Of a DNA stretch of 64,000 nt, positions 48,946 through 57,610 are shown piece by piece. Position numbers and translations under genes: made by a program. Position 1 is the stretch's first letter. Each line of letters begins with the position of its first letter. The stretch comes from a bacterium (GTDB lineage: Bacteria; Oederibacteriota; PGYV01; Palsa-1178), in the NCBI GenBank assembly GCA_037138355.1, contig JBAXIL010000002.1, positions 23,233 through 87,232 of the forward strand. Reading direction: 5' to 3'. Below the pieces are notes generated by a model. The model was not told the DNA's origin, made no database searches, and saw only the letters and a list, made by a program, of their open reading frames with translations.

Positions 48946-50394
48946 TTACTTTTTATCTCTTTTAAAATCAAGTATGTGGCCCATGACTGCCTGTCCTGCT
49001 TTAAACAAGAACATAAAGTCATCCATATTTCTTATTTCCATAACCTGTCTCATCATAAACTGTGGTGTCATAAAAGCTTTATATATATCATCACAGATTT
49101 TCATAACATCCGTAGGTTCCATATCTGGAAACTTAAATACTGGTCTTGTCATATCAAACTTTTCCCATTCTCCTGGTTTAAACCTGAGCCAATCGTTTTC
49201 AACTGCCTGAGTATATAATGGGGTTCCTGGGTATGCTATTACAACCGTCGCCTGCAACATGTCTGCTAAGCCTTTATCAAGCAGCTTCTTAGCCAAATCG
49301 TATGTACGCATAGCATCATCGCGTGTTTCCCATGGGTAACCCACCATAATAGTTAAATGCACGCCTATACCAGCGTCCTTGGCTATCCTGCAGCCTTCTT
49401 CTATACCTGCTATAGTGGTGCCTTTGCACAATCTATCAAGCGTACTTTGATTTCCTGACTCCATACCAAATTTAAGCAATCTAAATCCGGCTTTTTTCAT
49501 CATGGGGGCTGTTGTAGAATTTATATAGTCAAACCTAAAATTACCCATTAGAGACATCTTATAATCTCTTTCTACCATACCTTTACAAAATGTTTTCAAC
49601 CATTCGCCGCGTGGGAAAGTTCCTGTATCATCAAATATTTCTCTAATTCCATATTTTTTTACGAGCATATCCATTTCCGAAAGCAAGGACTCAGGTGTTC
49701 TTGTTCTAAATGTTGGAAATAAAGTAGTCCAAGAACAAAAAGTGCACTTTGCCCACGGACAATCACGACCAACCATAGTATAAGTATAAGGCGACTTTTT
49801 GAAAAACTTTTCCCCATACTGTTTCCACTTAGTTAAATCTCTATCTATAAACGGCAATGTATTCAAATCATGTTCAAGCTTAAATTTTCCTGTGTTTTTT
49901 ATATCTCCGTTTTCCCTATACCAAATTCCTGGTTCTAAAGCTTCTCTTCCTTCTATGTGTCTAACCACATTTAAAATAAGAAAATCAAAATCTCCACCAG
50001 TTATTACAAAATCAACTTTTGAATTGAGCATAGTTTCTTCTGGCATAGCAGTTACATGGTCACCCATAAGAATAAGCTTAACTTCCGGCAATATCTTTTT
50101 TACTTTTTCAACTATCTGCCAATGCAATTTAACAACTGGAGTTTTTGTTTCATAAGCAATAACATCTGGTTTTTCTGATATAAGAAGCTTTTCATATTGT
50201 TCCCAAGTTAAACCTTCAGCTATAGAATCATTATAAATGGAGTCATAACCCTTCTCTTTCATTAGGGTAGCTGCTGACGCAGGAACCATGGGATAAATAA
50301 ATGAAGGATTGTGAAACCACTGAAACTGCCTGTTTTGACCCAAGGTAGGGGTGCCTTCACCTGCTAATGGTGGATACGATATCATTACTTTCAC
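48946..50394 (-). CDS. B12-binding-domain radical SAM protein (HpnJ-like)
   Basis: N-terminal cobalamin-binding-like domain (GDHVT..PEE, GGDFD), CPWAKCTFC, FDD, GMESG, MVGYPWET, YPGTPL. Confidence 0.85.
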   Translation of the reverse strand: MKVMISYPPLAGEGTPTLGQNRQFQWFHNPSFIYPMVPASAATLMKEKGYDSIYNDSIAEGLTWEQYEKLLISEKPDVIAYETKTPVVKLHWQIVEKVKKILPEVKLILMGDHVTAMPEETMLNSKVDFVITGGDFDFLILNVVRHIEGREALEPGIWYRENGDIKNTGKFKLEHDLNTLPFIDRDLTKWKQYGEKFFKKSPYTYTMVGRDCPWAKCTFCSWTTLFPTFRTRTPESLLSEMDMLVKKYGIREIFDDTGTFPRGEWLKTFCKGMVERDYKMSLMGNFRFDYINSTTAPMMKKAGFRLLKFGMESGNQSTLDRLCKGTTIAGIEEGCRIAKDAGIGVHLTIMVGYPWETRDDAMRTYDLAKKLLDKGLADMLQATVVIAYPGTPLYTQAVENDWLRFKPGEWEKFDMTRPVFKFPDMEPTDVMKICDDIYKAFMTPQFMMRQVMEIRNMDDFMFLFKAGQAVMGHILDFKRDKK

Positions 50395-50467
50395 TTGTTT
50401 GCTCCTTATAAAAGTATTTAGTGAAATGATTAGAAATACTCATTACACTTTTGCTATAACAACTACT

Positions 50468-51442
50468 TTACTCTTCCTTTAATTTTCCTGAAAAAAGACC
50501 TTTAATAAAATATACTCCATAAAATACATGCGTAACAAATATTCCCAACATAGTCATAAGTCCAAGCCTAAAACTTTTAATCCTTATACCATCCAGGGTT
50601 ATTAATATCAAGTATAATGCAGCGGGAATAAGCCAAAATCCAAGTAATTTAATATTAAAAAGTGCAGGATAAATAATGCTGAGTAAATAACATACAAAAG
50701 CAGTGGGAACAAAATACCCTGGACGCAGAGATGTTTCAGGAAAGCGTTTTACAAAATACCCTCTGTGTGCTGCATAGTTGACAACCTGATGAATATGGCC
50801 CGAAAAGAAATTACGCCTGTGATGATAGACAAATACCTCAGGATCATATACTATTTTTAATTTCAAATCTTTAACTATTTTAAGACATATAACCGTATCT
50901 TCGCCAGGCCAAAATTCAGTATTAAATCCACCTATTTTCTTCAAGACATCTTTTCTTATTATTAGATTACACGAAGGATAATCATCAACGAACCTACGAG
51001 CTTCAGCCATATAGCGGTACCGATAACCACCCCCACCCATAAAAGAAGAATAAATAAGGCCAGATACCTGCTTTAAGAACGAATCATGTGGTGGTGTTGC
51101 TGCTGGTCCGCCAACAGCTGCTATCTCTTTACTACTTTCAAATATTTCAACAGCCTTTTTAAGCCATTGTTTTTCTGGATATACATCATCATCAATAAAT
51201 GCTGTAATTTCCCCTTTAGATGCCTTTATCCCTATATCTCTTTTCTCCCCTGGATAAATATGTCCAGTAGGAATTATCTTAAGCTTGAATTTGAATTTGC
51301 CTTTTATTTTAGCTGCTTTGTCTGGCAGAACAATTACTTCAACTTTCTTCATATCATAATCAAGTTTATTAATATAAGGAAGTGATTCCCTTATATAATC
51401 ATTAACCTCTTTAACTGGTATTATGATACTTATAGTTTTCAT
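50468..51442 (-). CDS. Glycosyltransferase family 2 with C-terminal TM helices
   Basis: SIIIP, AFIDDD.YP..W, VGGP, SCNL, GGF....PGED, HHRR. Confidence 0.88.
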   Translation of the reverse strand: MKTISIIIPVKEVNDYIRESLPYINKLDYDMKKVEVIVLPDKAAKIKGKFKFKLKIIPTGHIYPGEKRDIGIKASKGEITAFIDDDVYPEKQWLKKAVEIFESSKEIAAVGGPAATPPHDSFLKQVSGLIYSSFMGGGGYRYRYMAEARRFVDDYPSCNLIIRKDVLKKIGGFNTEFWPGEDTVICLKIVKDLKLKIVYDPEVFVYHHRRNFFSGHIHQVVNYAAHRGYFVKRFPETSLRPGYFVPTAFVCYLLSIIYPALFNIKLLGFWLIPAALYLILITLDGIRIKSFRLGLMTMLGIFVTHVFYGVYFIKGLFSGKLKEE

Positions 51443-51494
51443 CTAAAAACTCTCCTGTTTAAGCAATTAAAAGCAACTCAAAACTCTATATCAA

Positions 51495-52223
51495 TTATAA
51501 CTTATCGTAATAACGAGTTATTCTCAACCTATAAAATATTGCCAATGTATCCCACATCATATTAAAAATAACTTTAGGCGTTATATTTCCGTATTTGCCT
51601 TTGTACTCCACTACCACTGGAGCTTCGGATATTTTATATTTATTATAATGAGCCAATATCAGAAGTTCTAAATCAAAAGCGTATCTTTTTATTAGGACTT
51701 TATGAAATACTTTTTTCAAAACTTCTGCTTTAAATAACTTTATTCCAGTTTGCGTATCACGCAAAGGCAGTCCAAAAAGGAGCTTTACTATGAAAAAATA
51801 TCCTGCTGACAAAAACTGACGACTCTTTGGATAATTTAAAATTGATTTTGGATGTCTTTTTGAACCTATAACCACATCTGCCGAATCGTTTTTCATTACA
51901 TCAAATAAAGCTTCAAACTGTTTTGGATGTATATCCAAATCTCCATCTAAAAACATAACGAGGTCCCCACTACTTTTAAGAAAAGCACCACGCAGTGCCT
52001 CACCTTTTCCTTCATTTTTAGGCAATTTGAATATCTTGATATGGTCTTTGCTGGCAGTTAAAGCTTTATTATAAGTCATATCTTTTGAACCATCATCCAT
52101 TACTATAATTTCATAAGTAATTCCAATCTTTTTGAAATACCCATCTGTTTCCATGATATTTGCTGCAGCTTCCATTTCTTCATTATACATAGGCATCAAT
52201 ATAGAGAGCATATTAAATTTCAT
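51495..52223 (-). CDS. GT2, polyprenol-phosphate glycosyltransferase (DPM/DPG synthase-like)
   Basis: PMYNEE, DDGSKD.T, NEGKG.A, FLDGDL, IGSKR, DTQTG.KLF, AFDLELL. Confidence 0.88.
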   Translation of the reverse strand: MKFNMLSILMPMYNEEMEAAANIMETDGYFKKIGITYEIIVMDDGSKDMTYNKALTASKDHIKIFKLPKNEGKGEALRGAFLKSSGDLVMFLDGDLDIHPKQFEALFDVMKNDSADVVIGSKRHPKSILNYPKSRQFLSAGYFFIVKLLFGLPLRDTQTGIKLFKAEVLKKVFHKVLIKRYAFDLELLILAHYNKYKISEAPVVVEYKGKYGNITPKVIFNMMWDTLAIFYRLRITRYYDKL

Positions 52224-53517
52224 TTTTTTTCACCTTTGTTTCAAAATATAATGATATAAGACTCAAAACTAATATTATCATATTTACCGTGAACAATACT
52301 CCAACCACTTGATAAAAAGAACCATGAAATAACCATAAAGCCACTGCATAAAGTACAATTCCAGCTGTCATTATATATATGAATCCGTATTTATGAATAG
52401 CAAGACTATAATTAATAAAAACATTAAACAAAACAAGTGGCAATATAGCAGCGCCAAAATATCTTACAACTCCTTCTATGGCTAAGAACTTATCGCCAAA
52501 CATTATCCCAATAATTATTTTTGGAAACAATGCGCAAAATAAAATACCACCCAAACTAATTAATGCTGTTAAACCGAGGCTTTTCACCAAAAGTGACAAG
52601 GTATTTTTATTCAGCTCATGACTTTCAGAAACCTTAGGAAATAGCGTTATTGCAATTGCTGAAGGAAAGTACAAAAAGGCCTTACCTATCATTGAAGTTG
52701 CCGAGTAAAGGCCTGCATCATAATTGGAAAAAAAATGTTTTACCATGAAAACATCCATATAACTCAAAAGAGCAAACCCGAGCATAGAGAAAAATACTGG
52801 CATTGCATATTTTAAAATATCCCTTTTCCGTATTACTTCTGTGGAACTTTCCTTATATTTAAATAAATGCCTTAACAAAAATAAACCAATTAAAAAACCA
52901 GAGGCAGTCCCAACAAGCGTTGTTCCTATCGCTCCTCTTACACCCAAAGAAAAAACACTAACTAAGATATATAAAAACAACAATCTAAACAAAGCATCAA
53001 TTATCATAGTGACGCCTAATCCTACAAAGTTTTGTAGACCTTGCAATATGCCCCTAACTAAAGGCATAATAAGCGCAACAAATGCTATGGCTCCCAATAT
53101 TAAATAAAGGACCTTATCCTCTATATGAAAAAAATCTTTCAAACCGCCAACACCATAACCCATGGCTGCAAATAAAATAAAATATAATATTCCAATACCA
53201 GAAAACCACAGAATAGTTGTTTTAAAGAGTTTTTCAACACTTCCAAATTGATTGTGTGCCTTAAATATAGAGGTTCGTTTGACTATAGTCATTTGCAGCG
53301 CCATAGCAGGCATACCCGCTATAACAATAAACGCGAGCAGGGTTACTAAAACCCCGTACTTTTCGGGGCCCAAGAGCCTGCTCGCGTAACTGTGAAATAT
53401 AAAGTTAACTATATTTACCACTGACGACGCAATAAATAGAATCATGGAATCTTTTATTAAGTGATCCTTCTGTTCCATTTCTACGCCTTTCAATAAAATA
53501 TTTTTTTTATTATTCAA
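52213..53517 (-). CDS. Oligosaccharide flippase (Wzx/MOP family)
   Basis: SRLLGPEKYG, RGILQG.Q.F, D.FMVKHFF..AGLY, LFP; ~12 TM; start may be 53478. Confidence 0.85.
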   Translation of the reverse strand: MNNKKNILLKGVEMEQKDHLIKDSMILFIASSVVNIVNFIFHSYASRLLGPEKYGVLVTLLAFIVIAGMPAMALQMTIVKRTSIFKAHNQFGSVEKLFKTTILWFSGIGILYFILFAAMGYGVGGLKDFFHIEDKVLYLILGAIAFVALIMPLVRGILQGLQNFVGLGVTMIIDALFRLLFLYILVSVFSLGVRGAIGTTLVGTASGFLIGLFLLRHLFKYKESSTEVIRKRDILKYAMPVFFSMLGFALLSYMDVFMVKHFFSNYDAGLYSATSMIGKAFLYFPSAIAITLFPKVSESHELNKNTLSLLVKSLGLTALISLGGILFCALFPKIIIGIMFGDKFLAIEGVVRYFGAAILPLVLFNVFINYSLAIHKYGFIYIMTAGIVLYAVALWLFHGSFYQVVGVLFTVNMIILVLSLISLYFETKVKKNEI

Positions 53518-54526
53518 AAATTGGTTTTAACTTCATTACTTTATTTTTTGAAACCTCTGTGACATAGAGATTATCTTGAGAATCTATAGCAATTCCCAAA
53601 GGATTATCAAATAAAGGTTTATCTTTTTCATCATTTTTAATAATACCTATCTGCTTCACTTTTTTTCCAGTTGTGTCAAATACCACAACTTCCTGCGAAC
53701 CTGAAGAGACAGCATATAACCTGTCTTTAGAATCAATAGCAAGCATAGGCCATTGTGGTTGATTGATTGACCAAGATTTCACCTTTATTTCTGACTGTGG
53801 AACTAAATCCGATGAAAACACCTGAATTCTTCTTCCGCCAGAGTCTGCTGCATATACTTTACCTTGTGAATCAAAAGCTATTCCAAACACTTCTGTAAAT
53901 TTACCAAGAGCTTTTCCAACTCCGCCACCTGGATTTCCTATCCTTACTAATTCTGAATCAAATCTATGTATTCTACTTGTTCCAGTATCAGCTACATATA
54001 CCACGCCAGCTTTGCTGACAGAGACATTCCTCGGACTCCAAAATCCACCTTTAGTGCCACCTACTTGTGCCTTAGGATTTAGCTTACTATCAAACTTTTG
54101 TATTCTGCCATTCCAAGCATCTGCAACATACAAATTACCCAGTGTATCAACAGCTATTCCAGAAGGTTCTTTAAACTGTCCAATTTTGTCCCCTTCGCCT
54201 GCTATACCTGATACAAAAGTTCCGTCTTGCTGATATTTATTTATTGCAGCATTTCTGAAAGCTGAAACATATATATACTTATCATCAGGTGATACTGCTA
54301 TCCCTTTTGGAGAATCAAGCTGTCCTTTTTTCTTACCTGTCTCTCCAAACTCAAGAAGCTTCTGAGCCTTTATATATTTTACAGGCGGTGCTCCCATAAA
54401 TTTTGAAGCCACAATGCCAATTACAATTAAGACAATTACACTTATTAAAACCATAAGACTACTACCACCACGCTTCTTTTTTTTGTTTTTACCTTTTGCT
54501 TTTTTGACTGACCTTTTCTTTGCCAT
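53510..54526 (-). CDS. Membrane-anchored NHL-repeat 6-bladed beta-propeller
   Basis: Basic N-tail + TM; repeated P.GIAVD..G.LYVAD..N.RIQ.F. Confidence 0.88.
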   Translation of the reverse strand: MAKKRSVKKAKGKNKKKKRGGSSLMVLISVIVLIVIGIVASKFMGAPPVKYIKAQKLLEFGETGKKKGQLDSPKGIAVSPDDKYIYVSAFRNAAINKYQQDGTFVSGIAGEGDKIGQFKEPSGIAVDTLGNLYVADAWNGRIQKFDSKLNPKAQVGGTKGGFWSPRNVSVSKAGVVYVADTGTSRIHRFDSELVRIGNPGGGVGKALGKFTEVFGIAFDSQGKVYAADSGGRRIQVFSSDLVPQSEIKVKSWSINQPQWPMLAIDSKDRLYAVSSGSQEVVVFDTTGKKVKQIGIIKNDEKDKPLFDNPLGIAIDSQDNLYVTEVSKNKVMKLKPIFE

Positions 54527-54595
54527 TTAAGACCTCCTGATTATATCGCTTCTGCTATCAAAAACTTTAGCAGTAAACGGGTTCTTAACTAAAAA

Positions 54596-55585
54596 CTACT
54601 CCAATATAGTAGCTATCTTACCTACCGAATTGTCCGTTACAATAGCCTGTCCGTTTTTCAATACTGCTATACCCATAGGACAGTTCAATTTTACCTTGTT
54701 CTTGTCTAAAGCAATTGATTTAACTGAACCACCATTGAGATTAAATGAAAGCACTCTATGATTTGTTGAATCTGTAATCAATATTCTATTGTTTTGTTCA
54801 TCTATCGCTATATATGGTTCCATCAAACAGCCACCAGCTACTTGATCAGTTGACCAACCTTTTACCTTAATTTCTCTCACATATTTACCCATGGTAGTGA
54901 TGACTTTTATTCTGAAGTTTTTTCTGTCAACCACATATAGATTTCCATCTGGGCCTTGTTTCATGCTAAAAGGTTCAGCAAAATCCGTTTCGCCTTTGCC
55001 TCCACCCTTTTTACCAAAGGTCATTACAAACTTACCTTTATTATCAAATTTTAATATCACGCTATTTCCAGTATCAAGTATGTAAACATTTCCGTCTTTG
55101 TCCACGCCTACATCACGCGGGCCCCAAAGCCCCTGCTCTTGTCCGACAAATCTGATAAAGCTTCCTGTTGCAGTAAATATAGCCACCCTGGCATTCCATG
55201 TATCTGCAACATAAATGTTTCCGTCTGGACCTATATCAATACCGCATGGTTCTTTTAATTCACTTGGACCATTACCTTCCTTACCCCAAGCAAGAATGAA
55301 AGTACCTGCATTGTTAAATTTCTGTATTCTGTCATTTTTTGAATCTACCACGAAGATATTTCCTTCTTTATCTACTGCTACATCCTTAGGAGAAGAAAAG
55401 AATCCCCTATCAGTTCCAGGCGCCCCACCTGCTGTCAAAATATTTTGCGGTTCAGTCACTACTTTTCTTTCATTTTTGTTTAGATTCCCAGGATTGAACA
55501 TAACAAGAATCAAAATTAAAATTGCACCCAACAATACTGATATTATTATTTTCTCTTTCTTTGACATCATATTGATATCGATCAT
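54596..55585 (-). CDS. Membrane-anchored NHL-repeat 6-bladed beta-propeller
   Basis: N-terminal TM; repeated P.DVAVD..GNI.V.D..N.RIQKF. Confidence 0.88.
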   Translation of the reverse strand: MIDINMMSKKEKIIISVLLGAILILILVMFNPGNLNKNERKVVTEPQNILTAGGAPGTDRGFFSSPKDVAVDKEGNIFVVDSKNDRIQKFNNAGTFILAWGKEGNGPSELKEPCGIDIGPDGNIYVADTWNARVAIFTATGSFIRFVGQEQGLWGPRDVGVDKDGNVYILDTGNSVILKFDNKGKFVMTFGKKGGGKGETDFAEPFSMKQGPDGNLYVVDRKNFRIKVITTMGKYVREIKVKGWSTDQVAGGCLMEPYIAIDEQNNRILITDSTNHRVLSFNLNGGSVKSIALDKNKVKLNCPMGIAVLKNGQAIVTDNSVGKIATILE

Positions 55586-57594
55586 TCCACGCCTCCTGTC
55601 CAGAATTTTTCAAGATCTTTTCTAATATATACCACAAAATCATATGACCCTAAATCACTCCACACTTCTCTATATAAGTATCTGTCCCAAAGAAGTTCCA
55701 GCTTACCCTTATTAGTTCCCTTACTAAGAAATGGAGCCTTCCACCACTTTCCTTCATCTGGTGCCCACCATTCTCTTAATTTATAACGATAAGGTATGTA
55801 CATTTCTTCTGGTTTCTTTTGAACAGTTCTTCCATTAACAATCTTTGTCGTACCTGTCAGCATATCTTTAACCCGCTGATCATGTCCAGCATTGGCCTCT
55901 TCAATTCCCGAAAGTATTATTGGTTTTCCCATTTCGCTTTCAGGAATATTTTTAGGATCGTATGCTATCTTATTGTAGTCCCTTAGATACCAGGCAAAAG
56001 GCCATGTACAATAATCTTCGCAAACGATTTCTAAATTGTGTTCATCAAAAGCTCTATAAGCCGCAGAATCCCAAAGCTGATTCTTAATGTTTTTTGAAAG
56101 TTTTATTATTTTCTTTGTAACCAAAGTTACATCCGTAGATGACTGAACATAAATTAGGGATTCTTTTGGTGATGCTCCAGCCCCAGTAAAACATACATAT
56201 GTTGTCCCGTGAAACGACAACATTGCCAACAATATAAAGATCGTAATTCCAGCAGACCGTTTCCAACCCCAGTCAGTTCTGGTAAATACATCTGTTAGCA
56301 TTTGAGCTGCTAAAATAAGCATAGGAAGCAAAGGATGTATGGCAAGCCATGGCATTTTTTCGCCAGCCCACGAGTAAACTAAAACTGCCATAATCCACCA
56401 GTATATAAGGAATATATTAAAAAATGTTCTTTTCTTAGGCACAACAATGTAATATACCGAAGCAATACCCATAAAAAACACTGATAACATTTCATAAAAA
56501 GGAAGCATAAGTAAGTAGTAATTCCACGGCTGGCTTCCGCGCGCGACTCCATGCTGACCTAACCAATAAACAAGGCCGCCGACATAACCATCTGGAATTC
56601 CTTTTAAGTTACTCCAAAACTTTTCAAAAAATGGACCTTGTTTGTTAAAATATAATAAGCCATGTACCAAAACAAAGAGACCCAGAGCTTTCAGGAAATC
56701 CCACTTACCTTCACCAAGCCAATATTCCACAGTTCTATACACAAAACCTTCTTTGGCAAATTTATCAGGCGTCACACGCAAAGAATATTCCCAAACCCAC
56801 CTGAAGAAAAGAAAAGTTCCAAATATAAACATAGTTATGTAGTTCGCTTCTTTTGTAGCCCATGCAAAAGCAAGACCTACTGCAGCCAAATACAACCAGT
56901 TTAATTTTCGAGAATCAAAGTATCGCATCAAGCCAATGAAAATCATAATCGTATCTACCACCATAAAAATATCCTCACGCATAAACCTTGCTTGATACGC
57001 CCAAGTAGGTGATATGGCCATCAAAAAAGCTGCTATTACAGCTCCAACCTTCCCCATGTAAGGTCTGAAATTCCAAATAAGAAGTATACCTATCATTCCA
57101 TATACAGCTGGTCCTACCCTTGCCGTATAATCAGATGAACCAAATAAAAAATACATTAGAGCGCTCATATGATAGTGAAAAGGTCCATGCATCATAGGAT
57201 TGTAAGTATAACCGTCACCATTGAAAAGTTTCCATCCATAAAAAGCGTGCATGGATTCATCGTGGTGTAGCGGCTTTATTCCTAAGTCAATAAATCTTAT
57301 CGCAAAAGCACCTATTAAAATTACAATCCAGGCAATCATCTCCCAGTTAATTACTATGCCCCCAGATGTTGGAGCCAAATCCTGTGCTACTTCTCCATCT
57401 GAAAATACGGCTACTTTAACAGGTCGAACAGAAGATATTACTTTTATTTTTTTCTTTTCTTCTGGCTTTGCAATATCTTCTTTTACAACAACTTGAGATG
57501 CAGGCGCAGCAAGTTTTGTCCCGCAAGTATCACAGAATCTGTTAGACTTTGGATTTTCTTCGCCGCATTTAGGACATTTTAATGTATCTGCCAT
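55582..57594 (-). CDS. TIGR03663/Agl23-like GT-C (PMT-like) membrane glycosyltransferase with N-terminal zinc ribbon
   Basis: CPKC..N..CDTC; LG.KPLHHDES.H, Y.P..HGP, RF.RED, TKE, YW..QH, EK.PW, YVQS, WP..WYLR. Confidence 0.8.
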   Translation of the reverse strand: MADTLKCPKCGEENPKSNRFCDTCGTKLAAPASQVVVKEDIAKPEEKKKIKVISSVRPVKVAVFSDGEVAQDLAPTSGGIVINWEMIAWIVILIGAFAIRFIDLGIKPLHHDESMHAFYGWKLFNGDGYTYNPMMHGPFHYHMSALMYFLFGSSDYTARVGPAVYGMIGILLIWNFRPYMGKVGAVIAAFLMAISPTWAYQARFMREDIFMVVDTIMIFIGLMRYFDSRKLNWLYLAAVGLAFAWATKEANYITMFIFGTFLFFRWVWEYSLRVTPDKFAKEGFVYRTVEYWLGEGKWDFLKALGLFVLVHGLLYFNKQGPFFEKFWSNLKGIPDGYVGGLVYWLGQHGVARGSQPWNYYLLMLPFYEMLSVFFMGIASVYYIVVPKKRTFFNIFLIYWWIMAVLVYSWAGEKMPWLAIHPLLPMLILAAQMLTDVFTRTDWGWKRSAGITIFILLAMLSFHGTTYVCFTGAGASPKESLIYVQSSTDVTLVTKKIIKLSKNIKNQLWDSAAYRAFDEHNLEIVCEDYCTWPFAWYLRDYNKIAYDPKNIPESEMGKPIILSGIEEANAGHDQRVKDMLTGTTKIVNGRTVQKKPEEMYIPYRYKLREWWAPDEGKWWKAPFLSKGTNKGKLELLWDRYLYREVWSDLGSYDFVVYIRKDLEKFWTGGVE

Positions 57595-57610
57595 TTTTTC
57601 CTCCTAATTA

